DNA of 63,719 nt, filler included, from Octopus bimaculoides (GCF_001194135.2; 4 parts of 4 records of this genome joined end to end with filler, not necessarily neighbours in it), one strand, 5' to 3'. Numbered from the whole stretch's first letter, positions 1 to 12,375 are shown. Numbers and translations: made by a program. Notes: generated from the sequence alone by a model not told the origin.

Positions 1-85
1 AAATAAGTTCTAAGGACGATTTGTTCGACTACAGACGGTGCTCCACCATGGCCGTAGTCAAATGAGTGAAACAAATAAAAGAGTA
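1..85 (+). mobile_element. SINE family A 3' tail
   Basis: ggtgctccaccatggccgtagtcaaatgagtgaaacaaataaaaga, shared with the copies at 30261, 35245 and 54885. Confidence 0.75.
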
Positions 86-105
86 AAGAATACAGAGTAT
101 ATATA

Positions 106-145
<40 letters not shown>

Positions 146-427
146 ACACACACACACACACACATTGTTGAATGGTCGTTGACTTCTCATTAGTTCCTCC
201 GCCCTTTGACGGCTCTTACGTTTCGTCCCGCTGGGTATCCAACAATCACCCCACCACTCACCAAGCAAGCTTGGTGGAGTTGTCAGTTTAGTCGTCGATG
301 ACCCGATTATGTGACAAGTTCTACTGGGCTACATGTTACCAGTAGCGCACAAGAGCGACCAATGGCACTCGAGAGCGACCTGATACACATACATACACGC
401 GCGCGCGAACACACACACACATATAGA

Positions 428-1710
428 CAGGGTGGGGAAGCAAAACTTGCATTAAAAGTTACACTAATATTTCACAGCAACCACTACACCAAATGAAATG
501 AAACCTAATGCAGAACAAAGAATACATTGTCAGCTAATAATAAACTCTGTTTTTGCAGGAATATTGGAGAATATGACTGCAAGAAGACAGATGACAAAGA
601 GTATGCGAATTGGTCCGTGCACAAGTCGATCCGAAGAGGATCTCAATTATAGTCAGAGTACCCTTAGGCACAGCTTATAACATCAAGAAGAGAATAAACA
701 TGGGCAACATCATTCAGAGGAAGTCTGGCAGACGAGAAACGGATTTAAAATTTCATCAACGCCATCAAGTTCAAAATTTCAACAGATCCAGCCACGTCCA
801 TGAGGAAGCTGGCTTCTGAACTTGAAGTGAACCCCCAAAACCATCAGAACAACTGTGAATGATGATTTGAGTTTCAAGTCCTACGCCAGGTCACCGAGGC
901 GCCTATTGACAGAACCTCTGACGGCCAGGAGACTGGAGAAGTATAAAAAAAAGTTCTCACATATCTCAAGAAGAACGGGTTCATTGTAAAACTTTTCTCT
1001 GACCAGATTTTCACAATGGATGCCAATGTGAACCGCAGAAATGACTGGTGCATTGCAGAGTCAACAGTTGATGTTAGGGGCACCTTAAAAACAAAGTATC
1101 CAACCCAGGTTATAGCCTTCGGTGTTGTGGCCTTCGATGGATGCCCGTCTAATTCTGCATGCCCAAAGAAAAGATGGTTGCTGACGCCTACTACAAAACG
1201 CTTAGGTACCATGTCTTGCTATGGCTCAAGGCGAACTACCCGGAGGGCAACTATGTGTGGACGCAGGATGGTGCTCCCAGCCATACTGTCAAGAACGCAC
1301 AGATTTTCTGCAAATCAAACTTTGCTGTTTTCTGGCCGGTGGACTTCTGACCCTCTTCCAGCCCGGATACCAACTCTCTGGACTATGCTATGTGGGAAAT
1401 TTTGGAGCATGCCACCAACAAAACCTCCCATCCCAACCTCAACTTTCTGAAGGCTACCATGAATGAGGAGTGGGCCAGGATGTCCAGTGACCTCATGAGG
1501 AAGAGCTGTGATGAAGATTCCGGGGCCATGTGAAGGCCGTAATTGCAAACAATGGAAGTCACACAGAATGACTTATTTGTTTTGTAATATGTGAACGTTA
1601 TTAACCTATTTAACCTATTTAACCTATTTTTGAAATACTAAACCTATTGATGTGCAATGAGAGAGTTTCGAACATTGCAGCAATTTTGCAAGTTTTGCTC
1701 CTCCACCATG
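428..1710 (+). mobile_element. Tc1/mariner DD37D (maT-type) transposon, full length, decayed transposase
   Basis: TIRs cagggtggggaagcaaaacttgca (428) and reverse complement catggtggaggagcaaaacttgca (ends 1710) match 21/24. TA on the right, GA on the left. Frameshifted ORF has FSDQIFT..D, QDGAPSHT and SPDTNSLDY with 37 residues between the second and third D (one internal stop). Confidence 0.9.
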
Positions 1711-2372
1711 TATATATATATGCATGTATGAGTACAGGACGTTACCAAATGTGTAAACAACATGAAGTACGAAAACAAAAACAAATTAAATACGCAAACA
1801 ACGAGAGAATAAATGGAAAACAGGACAAGTAACACATAGAACGACCCTTCATCAGTTGTCGGCTGTCTATCTACTCCTCATTTCGAGCATTCAACGTCAA
1901 TATGAATCTTCAAAGACAGTTGCTCCCATAAATTCCCAAAATTAAAATTTGGATTTATGGAGGGTCAAAGTTGGGAACAAAAACAGGACAGTGGAGACAT
2001 ATAAGGAAACCGAACGAAAACAAAAATGGAGGGTCATTAGACCAGAACGAGAGGAAAATAGTGAACGCTGGGAAAAATATTTTCTTTGAAAAGAGAAAAG
2101 ATAGAAAAGAGAAAAAGAAAACGTTCAGTCCTTAGAACATCGTTCAGGAAAAGAAAAATGATCATGTGAGGAAAAAAAAAGAAGGACGATGGTCACATGT
2201 GACCAACGAGAGAGAAAAGGAGAAAGAGGGGGAGAGGGAGACAGATAGAAAACGGTGAAGGGTGAAAAAGGATATTAGAGAAGGATGGAAGAAGGAAACA
2301 GTACAGAGTCGCACCAAAATAAACTTCTTTGGAAATGGATGCGTGGCGTTCAATTAAATAATAATATAAATA

Positions 2373-2404
<32 letters not shown>

Positions 2405-3021
2405 GGCAACGTCATTTACTGCCTCTCCTGCTCTTTTTTGTCCTTCTCTGTACATCGGTCAAACAGGACGCCGCTTGGCTGACCAGTTCACCGTGAACAG
2501 GAATTAATCTTCTCTCTTCGCTCCTCTTCTCCACATGGGCTCGACTCCTCTCCCCTCTTCATCTCACTCTCCTCTCCGCTCTTCATCTGACACCTACTTC
2601 CACTCTTCACTCCTACCCACCTTCTCCCTTCATTGATACACCTTCCATCTACCCCACCCATACATCCCACTGCCACGTTGAGTGGCTGACGTGGTTGGGA
2701 ATTAATAGTCGTGGCTCAACCGTGCACTCCTTCGCGTAAACAGCATGTGACCATTATGAGGACAACTCAGCTTCCAAACGAAAACATTTCTGCATGCAGC
2801 GTCCGGGCACGCAAGGTCATATTAAGAACTCGGTCTCTGACTAACGTGGCAGGGTTTTATACACCATAGATTAGTAGGTTAATGTACATGCGATTTCTCT
2901 GGTACCATCTCTGGAACATAAGTAATGTATGTTCCAAGTTTGAAGAAAATCAGTTGCGAACTTCAGAAGTTCTGCGGGTTTACACCATGCGCGCGCGCGA
3001 ACATCCTCAGCTTTATATATA

Positions 3022-4232
3022 TCAGGTTGTCAAGAATGTTCTTGCGGTTTTTAACCTTTAAATTCAGATGCACATATCTCGGCTCAAACAAAACTTCCTT
3101 AATCGAAACAAACGCCATTAGAAACACACTTTTGCCAACGCGAACCAAGTTTATTTATGCCGGTAGCGTAAAAATCCTGCGTTCTGGTGGTGATGAAGTC
3201 GTTGAAGGCGTGTTTGGCATCGTCTTGATTGTTGAAACATATCTCACGCAGGAAGTTGTCGAGATGCTTGAAAAAGTGGAGAGGTCTGGTGAGTATGGCG
3301 GATGAGAGGATGAGGCAGAGTTTCGTAGCCCAATTCTTTCAACTTCTGCAGGGTCAGTTGTGCGACGTGCGGCCGAGAGTTGTCGTGGAGAATTGGTCTT
3401 TTTCTATTAATCAATGCTGGCTGTTGTTGTCGGAGTTTTTTTATGCATTTCATCCATTTGCTGACAGTATTTCTCCGCCGTAATGGTTTCGCCTGGATCC
3501 AAAAAGCTGTGATGGATGAGACCGGCAGCAGACCACCAAACAGTCACCATGACGTTCTTTTGGTGCAACTTTGCATTCGGGAAGTGCCGTGGAGCTTTGA
3601 CGGCGTCCAACCACTGAGCTGAGAGTCGCCGGTTGTCGTAAGGAATCCACCTTTGATCCGGTCGAGAAATGGGTCGTTCTTGTTGCATAAAAGAAGGAAA
3701 AACGATATTTCAAATCGGCGTTTTATTTGGTCGTCGTTCAATTTGTTCGGCACCCATTTCTCAAGTATTTTTGTTTTTCCATTCTCTTTCAAGTGGTTGG
3801 AAATTGTCGTATATGTTACGTCTAATTCAGAAGCAATCTCTCGAATAGTTGTGCGTGGATTAGCATCGACTAAGGCTCTTAGGTGATCGTTGTCAACATC
3901 CGATGGCCGACCACTACGCTTATCATCTTCAAGACTCTCGTCACCGCTACGAAATTTCTTGAACCACCATTGTGCTGTATGTTCATTAGTGGTTTCTGGG
4001 CCAAACGCATCGTTGATATCGCGAGCTGTTTCAACAGCTTTTTGGCCTAGCTTGAACTGGAATAAGAAAATTGTGTGAATTTACTTTTTGTCCATGTTGT
4101 ATTCAATGTTCCGGAAAAAATGGCCTAATTATTCAAAAAGAAAAAGAGTAACACGATTAGATAGAGCAAAAAATGGGCTTTAAAATGATATATAAAGTCA
4201 AAGTAATGTAACGAAAATTAATTTGAAAATAC
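3022..4232 (-). mobile_element. Mariner DD34D (Hsmar1/cecropia-like) transposon pseudogene
   Basis: Disrupted ORF 4095->3099 contains GRP, WVPNKL, DPFLDRI, YDNRR.SAQWLD, KNVMVTVWWS, LHDNSRPH, YSPDL and GINKLGSRWQKCV..F D*. One TIR, ta|tcaggttgtcaagaatgttcttgcggtttt at 3022, resembles the Hsmar1 TIR. The other end runs into the gap. Confidence 0.9.
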
Positions 4233-4799
4233 NNNNNNNNNNNNNNNNNNNNNNNNNNNNNNNNNNNNNNNNNNNNNNNNNNNNNNNNNNNNNNNNNNNN
4301 NNNNNNNNNNNNNNNNNNNNNNNNNNNNNNNNNNNNNNNNNNNNNNNNNNNNNNNNNNNNNNNNNNNNNNNNNNNNNNNNNNNNNNNNNNNNNNNNNNNN
4401 NNNNNNNNNNNNNNNNNNNNNNNNNNNNNNNNNNNNNNNNNNNNNNNNNNNNNNNNNNNNNNNNNNNNNNNNNNNNNNNNNNNNNNNNNNNNNNNNNNNN
4501 NNNNNNNNNNNNNNNNNNNNNNNNNNNNNNNNNNNNNNNNNNNNNNNNNNNNNNNNNNNNNNNNNNNNNNNNNNNNNNNNNNNNNNNNNNNNNNNNNNNN
4601 NNNNNNNNNNNNNNNNNNNNNNNNNNNNNNNNNNNNNNNNNNNNNNNNNNNNNNNNNNNNNNNNNNNNNNNNNNNNNNNNNNNNNNNNNNNNNNNNNNNN
4701 NNNNNNNNNNNNNNNNNNNNNNNNNNNNNNNNNNNNNNNNNNNNNNNNNNNNNNNNNNNNNNNNNNNNNNNNNNNNNNNNNNNNNNNNNNNNNNNNNNN

Positions 4800-4985
4800 C
4801 ACACACACGCACACACACACGCACACACACACACACGCACACACACACACGGCAGGCTTTATTTGAGTTTCCGTCTACCAAATCCAATCACAAGGCTTTG
4901 GTCGGCCCGAGTCTACAGTAGAAAACATTTGTTGAAGGTGCCACGCACGAGACTTCTTACCACACAACCATGAATGCACCTCTAT
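4800..4985 (-). mobile_element. SINE family A 5' half
   Basis: gtttccgtctaccaaatcc..cacaaggctttggtcggcccg...ggtgccacgca...cttaccacacaacca. Confidence 0.8.
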
Positions 4986-5891
4986 ACTCAACCAGACCTG
5001 CGTGTTTATACACGGCTGTTACCAGTTCAAATGTGATTGTCTCATATTCGAATCCATAAGAAAGCATTCACTGTATTTTGTCATGGATAAAATATCACGC
5101 TGTAGACAAATATAATGTAAACACATTCAATCAGTTGGAAGTGTCTCCTTATCAGACTGACAGATGCATGCATTTCAGAGTGGTTATCTCCTCTCCAACC
5201 TAGACACCGAAAGGAAATGCTGCAAACGGACAAGAGAGATATATCACTCTTATATTCCCGTCATCATGGTGTGACTGGTTGCGCTATCGGTAGCTCGTCC
5301 GTAAATAAAATACAGAATTGAAGCGCTAAGCAGTGGTGTGTATAAATACAACTTTGGTAACAGTTCGAATATGCTTGAGGCATGTCCAAACCCGTAAGAA
5401 AAAACATTCGCTGTATTTTGTAATGGAGAAAATTTCTCGCTGTAGACAAATGAGGTATAAACACACCGAGTCAGTTCGCAATGTCCACAAACCACACTGA
5501 TGGTTGCATGCATTATTACAGAGTGGAGAAAAACTAATAACAGATCTGAAATCAGCATATAAAATTACTTTAAAAAGTTATGCAGACATTTAAACAAAGA
5601 AAATCATGCAGACTTGTTTTATCAAGAGTCAATAATTTAATCAGTGTTGGAAGTGTAACCGATCTTCGTGTCGGCCAATCTAGTTTAGATTTTTATTTAA
5701 TACTATAAAACATTTTTTTTTATTAAGGATGGCTAGTTTGCTTTCATGTGGTGGGATTTTTGTGCGTTTAAGACTTCAAAGATAAGCAAACGGTGTAACC
5801 ATCCTGTATTGTGGTTACAGAAAGTATAGTCGTTGCATGTATCAGTTTTTAAGTGAATTAGCCATGGCACCAATATAATTTCTATCTATAT

Positions 5892-6119
5892 CAGCGGTTC
5901 TCAACCAGGGTGCGTATAGCGCTTAGGGGTCCATTTAAAACTTTGTTGTTAAATTTATCTACAATAAATTGAGTATACTTCTACAATTTTAGATACAGTT
6001 CCTAATAGTATTTAATAATAAAAATATATGAATTTTTGACTATCGAATAACTATCAGAGTCTATCCGAGTAAAATAGGAATCAAAGATGTTCATAGGCAA
6101 AAAATGTTGAGCAACACTG
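5892..6119. mobile_element. hAT (Charlie-like) MITE
   Basis: Ends cagcggttctcaacc ... gttgagcaacactg are imperfect CAGTGGTTCTCAAC-type TIRs about 230 bp apart. TSD is only partly matched. Confidence 0.6.
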
Positions 6120-6445
6120 ATCGACAGCTGAAGAAAACTTTGAGCTAAAATATAAATACTGAGTGATACGTTAACTATTTCGACAGAAATGCAGGTTACT
6201 TGCTTTTGAGCAATATTCTTTTTACATTGGTAGACAAAAGCATGAAACGAATCGCAGAATGAAAATTTTTAGTGCTACCCGTTTCTACTGACTTCAAAAT
6301 TACTAGGAAGTGCAATTTTAATATTCTTGTCGTTTTAGTGTCAACGTTTGTTAATGATAAACGATCATTGATCTCGGCATGCAGTCTTCTGATTTACTGC
6401 AAGTTAAAGTGCTGAGCGAACTTTCCCAGCTTCGAGCACAGAGGC

Positions 6446-6483
<38 letters not shown>

Positions 6484-6489
<6 letters not shown>

Positions 6490-7060
6490 TCTCGGAAAAT
6501 GAAACTACATGGTGGTACCCTCTTCCTGAAAAGGCCTGTTTCATTTTCATTGAATACAGGCTGGGGTATCATGTTCAATGATACTCTCAAGAATATAGGG
6601 GACTTCCGTAACTATCTGGATGCCTGAACTTGTTGTTTCATCAGAGATGCTAATGCTGAGAAGTTTATGCCATCGTTTGAATCTACCAACATCTACTAGT
6701 TGTGAACCTTTCTGAATTATTTTCTTCATCTTGTAAGTGTCTTACGCTTCTTGCTTTTCCATTATCATAAGTTGGCCCAATGACATGCTGCGTTGCGTTT
6801 TGTCGTCTCCTGATATAGAAAGTGTATCGTTTTCATATGTTTCCCTCAAATCATAACCCTTGATACTAACAATGAGGTCTTCACAGCAGATTCTATTTTG
6901 TCCGCATTATTCACGGTGGTCCTATTCGTTGATGTGGTTAAATTTAAACACTTACCCACATACGCCTGATGTTTACCCGCTTCCAATCCCTCTCAACAGT
7001 TGCAATCTTACGCCCTGTCTAATACGTTCCCCGGCTGCTTAACTGAACTTCCATCCTTTG
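6484..7060 (-). mobile_element. Tigger/pogo (TIGD1-like) transposase relic
   Basis: Frameshifted minus-strand peptides GRFKRWHKLLSISISDETTS.....EVPYILESII and PQPVFNENETGLFRKRVPPCSFI resemble pogo/Tigger RFKKRH....ISGE and QVFNxDETGLFWKRMP motifs. Confidence 0.75.
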
Positions 7061-7272
7061 GGTTTGCAATCAGAATGGATAAAAAACAAATGTTTGAGAC
7101 AATTTGGGTGTATGTAAGAGTTTAAGGGAATCATTGTTTCTCATATTTTAGGATTATAATGTAGTGTTACCATCTCACTGAAAATATTGTTATCAAGAGA
7201 AAGGAGGGTTTTAATGAATCAACGCTAAGCTGGGTAACGCTTAAGTGCGGGTGATGCTGAATACACACACAT

Positions 7273-7311
<39 letters not shown>

Positions 7312-7334
7312 AACACACTCACACACAGAAGCGT

Positions 7335-7367
<33 letters not shown>

Positions 7368-7508
7368 CATATGTATATGTATATACAAACATATACATGC
7401 ATAAATATATACAAATATAAATACACACGCACATATATATATATACACATATTTATACTACATATACATATATATATATGTATATACGTATACACACACA
7501 CACATACA

Positions 7509-7544
<36 letters not shown>

Positions 7545-7712
7545 TAAATTCAAATTACGACAAACGTAAATAAACAAACGAAGTTTGCTTTTAGAAGCGT
7601 TGAGATGTCTTAGAAAGCTACTTTTCTCTGCAAAATAGGGGTAGTTTATCCTGTTCAGGCTATATTATTAGCATTATTCTGCGATTGAGAATTTAAAAAA
7701 ATACACACACAA

Positions 7713-7750
<38 letters not shown>

Positions 7751-8987
7751 NNNNNNNNNNNNNNNNNNNNNNNNNNNNNNNNNNNNNNNNNNNNNNNNNN
7801 NNNNNNNNNNNNNNNNNNNNNNNNNNNNNNNNNNNNNNNNNNNNNNNNNNNNNNNNNNNNNNNNNNNNNNNNNNNNNNNNNNNNNNNNNNNNNNNNNNNN
7901 NNNNNNNNNNNNNNNNNNNNNNNNNNNNNNNNNNCAAAAAAGGATAAAACTCTTTTACAAGAATTTTATCAAGAAGCCAGTGTGTAAAAAAATTCATAAG
8001 GAAAATTTCTATTCCCAAGAATATAATTATTCGTTTATATTTATATAAAGGGCATTATTACAGAAAAATAATAACGCCACACAGTAGACTTCTCAAAATA
8101 ACCACATTTAGTACCCAATGCGAGGAAAAAACAACCAACAAGCCTTTCTGACACGCACAAATATTCCTTGTATAGTAAAAAATCTTTTGCAAAATATTAA
8201 ATATGACAGCGACAGACGACTAATGCAGAAAACGTCTGCTGAGAGTTTTTTTTATCAAAGATTTTTGCCATTTCATCTATGTTACGACTTACCCGTCCTC
8301 TTCTGTCATATCATTCATATCATCTTACACACATTACGTGTGTGTTTAGGTATGTGCGTAAATATATCTCTCTCTATATATATATATTTATACGTTTAAA
8401 TATAAATGTATGTATGTATGTATACATATTTAAATGCGTACATAAATACACACACACACACGCAGGCACACACATATACACACACATATATGAATGTATA
8501 TATATAATATACATATAAATACATATATATGTGTGTGTATGTATATATATATGCATATATATATATATATATATATANNNNNNNNNNNNNNNNNNNNNNN
8601 NNNNNNNNNNNNNNNNNNNNNNNNNNNNNNNNNNNNNNNNNNNNNNNNNNNNNNNNNNNNNNNNNNNNNNNNNNNNNNNNNNNNNNNNNNNNNNNNNNNN
8701 NNNNNNNNNNNNNNNNNNNNNNNNNNNNNNNNNNNNNNNNNNNNNNNNNNNNNNNNNNNNNNNNNNNNNNNNNNNNNNNNNNNNNNNNNNNNNNNNNNNN
8801 NNNNNNNNNNNNNNNNNNNNNNNNNNNNNNNNNNNNNNNNNNNNNNNNNNNNNNNNNNNNNNNNNNNNNNNNNNNNNNNNNNNNNNNNNNNNNNNNNNNN
8901 NNNNNNNNNNNNNNNNNNNNNNNNNNNNNNNNNNNNNNNNNNNNNNNNNNNNNNNNNNNNNNNNNNNNNNNNNNNNNNNNNNNNNNN

Positions 8988-9018
<31 letters not shown>

Positions 9019-9019
<1 letters not shown>

Positions 9020-9725
9020 AGTAGTGAGGAAGGCAAACAGTTAGTCAAGGCAAGATTATGGCATTTATATTCATTTAATTCAATTTAAATATTGTAAAAC
9101 ACCACAAAACCTAGTAAAGAAAGTAGATAGTATCTGACAGTGAGATATCTCGGTTATTGGATCATCGTATCGATTGAAGACTTTACCAACCGGATAGACA
9201 GTGAAAGGAAAACTCTCCTTTAATGATATTCATTGCAGTTTATTTTGGTTCATTATGTTCAGGAGGGTAGGAGCGATTAAGTAAATCTATTTGAGCTGGT
9301 TCATCCGCAGTTTAAGTACGATAAGTAGTATACAGCTTAACCACTTTTTTGATAATGAATTCACCAAACGATTTACCTAAGGGTATACCTGAGGAAGAAC
9401 CAACTGAAATGGATTTAATTAAACCCGCCTACCCTCCAGAACATAATGAACCATAATAAACCGTAATGCATGACATTAAGGAGGAATTCTCCTTTTACTA
9501 CCTATCATACATTTATTTATACATTTCTCCGTTGACGGAATATCCAGTTTATAAAGTCTTCAATCATTACGATAATCCAATGGCCGAGATATCCTAGAAA
9601 CAACTGTCAGAGATTATCTCTACTTTCTTTACCAGTTTTTGTTATTTTACTATTTTTAGAATGAATCAAATGTATTTAAATGCCATAGTCCAATCTTGAC
9701 TAATTGTTTGCCGTCTTCACTACTT
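9019..9725. mobile_element. Long-TIR palindromic non-autonomous element (~707 bp), TA-flanked
   Basis: Arms 9019-~9310 and ~9389-9725 are diverged reverse complements. Examples: 9247-9271 vs 9428-9452 match 24/25; 9032-9049 vs 9695-9712 match 17/18. Termini aagtagtg/cactactt each abut TA. Confidence 0.75.
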
Positions 9726-9921
9726 TAAGCGATAACTACTGACTCAAAGGTATGCAACCAACCACCAGTTTTTTTTTTCGAACAAGACTTTCACATAACC
9801 ACAACTCAAGCCGTTGTTCTAACTGGAATTATGGTGGATTACCTATTGGAGTACTCAGAACGCATACCTTGATCTAAACTCTTCATATCTTGTGAATATA
9901 TATGTAGGTATGCATATGTAT

Positions 9922-9966
<45 letters not shown>

Positions 9967-10010
9967 AATATATATATATAAACACACACTCACACATATG
10001 CATACGTACA

Positions 10011-10065
<55 letters not shown>

Positions 10066-10071
10066 ATAATG

Positions 10072-10135
<64 letters not shown>

Positions 10136-10355
10136 GGATAAAAATCCAAATTTACAGGTAAAAACTCAATTTGATTTAATTTATCAAAATTAAAATTAAA
10201 TTAAGTTTCACAGTATATAATATATAAATATATAATTTTGAGAAAAGAACCACAATTCATGAACTCATCCATGAAAATCCACAGTCACATATAGAAAAAT
10301 TTGATAAGTAAATACACTAAAAAAATACAAGGTAATAATTATTAAAACAATAAAA

Positions 10356-10470
10356 CGACTACACGTGCTTCATAACCACATTTTCAAATAGAAAATAAAA
10401 TAAGATCAAATCGATTAAAATAAATCGATCGAAAATCAATTCTATTCAAAAACAGCCAATCGTCAGGTCA
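10356..10470 (-). ncRNA. Penelope-type type I hammerhead ribozyme fold with long stem II, core variant GAAG
   Basis: Minus strand: TGAC-CTGACGA-[~88-nt hairpin: TGGCTG/TGGTTA, TTTTTGAATAGAA/TTCTATTTGAAAA, ATCGATT/AATCGAT]-GAAG-C ACGT G-TA-GTCG. Stem I is GAC/GTC, loop III is the palindrome ACGT, and the cleavage triplet is GUA. A15.1 is replaced by G. Confidence 0.55.
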
Positions 10471-10476
10471 AAATAC

Positions 10477-10530
<54 letters not shown>

Positions 10531-10581
10531 TTAATAATAACAATAATAATAATAAAATGAATGCAATACTTAACTTATCGA

Positions 10582-11617
10582 AAATAAAGGCAATACTTAT
10601 CCTATCGAAGCTTTAGTTTAAACTAAAATTTAAACGTAGTACTATTAACTTAGCGTTTATTAGAATATCAACTAACAATATATAACAAACAAATTTCTAT
10701 AAAATACTTATTTTTCCAATAAATAAAAGAAAACTTTAAAAATATTATTGAAAATAAATGCAATACTTATCATATCGAAATTTTACGTTAAACTAAAATT
10801 ATAAATATTATACTATTAACTCTGCGTTTATTAGAATATCAACAACTAACAAAAATAATAAATGAATTGATATAAAAATACTTATTTTACTAATAAATAA
10901 AACAAAAACATTTAACAATATTATTGAAAATAAATGCAATACTTTTCATTCCGAAGCATTAGTTTAAACTAAAATTTTATGCCAATAAATCGAAGAAAAA
11001 CATTAAAATGTTTTAAACTAGAGCTTCGATGAGATGAGTATTGCATTTATTTTCAATAATTTTATTAAATGTTTTTCTCTTATTTATTGGTAAAATAAGT
11101 ATCTTTACATAAATTCACTTGTTATATTGTAAGTTGATATTCTATTTAACGATAAGTTAATAGTATTACGTTTAAAATTTTAGTTTGAACCAGAGCTTCG
11201 ATAAGATTGGTATTGCATTTATTTTCAATAAATAGTTTAATGTTTTTCTTTGATTTATTGGTATAATAAGTATTTTTATATAACTTCATTTGTTCTTTAT
11301 TGTTAATGGATATTCTAATAAACGCTAAGTTAATAGTATAACGTTTAAAATTTTAGTTTAAACTAATGTTTCGAAATGATAAGTATTGCATTTATTTTCA
11401 ATAATATTGTTAAATATTTTTCGTTTATTTATTAGTAAAATAAGTATTTTTATATAAATTCATTTATTACTTTTGTTAGTTGATATTCTAATAAACGCAG
11501 GGTTTATAATTTTAGTTTAACGTAAAACTTCGATATGATAAGTATTGCATTTATTTTCAATAATATTAAAAAAAATTTCTTTTATTTATTGGTAAAATAA
11601 GTATTTTTATAGAACTT
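10582..11617. repeat. Foldback-like array: ~172-bp units, three forward then four inverted
   Basis: Anchor gcaatact at 10590, 10760 and 10936; its reverse complement anchor gtattgc at 11038, 11210, 11383 and 11542. Centre is ~10981-11010. Confidence 0.85.
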
Positions 11618-11663
11618 CTATGTTGTAGTAGAGACAACATGTTCTTTGTCTATCTCTTTAACT

Positions 11664-11742
11664 TCTTGGAGATTTTAGGTATTATTATACTAATGTGTCC
11701 ATCTTGGAGATTTTAGGCATTATTATACTAATGTGTCCATCT
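11664..11742. repeat. 38-bp tandem duplication
   Basis: tcttggagattttaggYattattatactaatgtgtcca occurs at 11664 and 11702. Confidence 0.9.
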
Positions 11743-11999
11743 GTTCTAATTTAATTAAATTTTATGTTTTTGTGCAGCTGAGGATTGCTCGGCATTTTAA
11801 ATTGATGTAATGATTACATTGTTCAATAANNNNNNNNNNNNNNNNNNNNNNNNNNNNNNNNNNNNNNNNNNNNNNNNNNNNNNNNNNNNNNNNNNNNNNN
11901 NNNNNNNNNNNNNNNNNNNNNNNNNNNNNNNNNNNNNNNNNNNNNNNNNNNNNNNNNTATATATACACATGTCTATATATGCATATGCATATTGAATTT

Positions 12000-12375
12000 A
12001 CGATTACATTTAACATGCTCGTGTACACTCGGACGTAGAAAGATCTTCTGCTGCGGAAATAGTCTCGAATGAAGATTCTCCTCGTAGTCAACATGTATGA
12101 AAACATGTTGGATTATGAATGATATCATCAAATCTTGGGATGCATGTGTTTCGAGCTTGTCCAAGCTTTATGCACAATAGCAAATTTACTGTGCTGTTTT
12201 TATATAGAAGAATAACCATCTTTATATGGTTGTGGAAAGCTACTCGGTATTCGTGACTGATGGTGCGTAGCACCGTAGCATCTGTTCTACGAAGAGAGTT
12301 TTCTCTTGAGTCTATCACTGCAACGGAAGGACTTTTACACACCCGAGTGTACACGAACGTGTTAAATATCATTGT
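12000..12375. mobile_element. Palindromic MITE-like element with ~90-bp diverged inverted arms
   Basis: catttaacatgctcgtgtacactcgg (12007-12032) pairs with ccgagtgtacacgaacgtgttaaat (12343-12367). Weaker inverted similarity continues inward for about 60 bp. Confidence 0.65.

Noticed and set aside
195-245. Minus-strand GGACGAAACGTAAGAGCCGTC half-hammerhead; also a lone CTGATGAAGGG at ~1845-1855
   Set aside because: Each has only one half of the catalytic core.
8285-8300. Strong isolated minus-strand donor CGG|GTAAGT
   Set aside because: No convincing acceptor or coding frame upstream.
10582-11617. CRISPR-like or tRNA-array interpretation of the periodic repeats (also 22313 and 27400)
   Set aside because: Whole units are homologous with no unique spacers, there are no cas genes, no cloverleaf folds were seen, and the context is eukaryotic.
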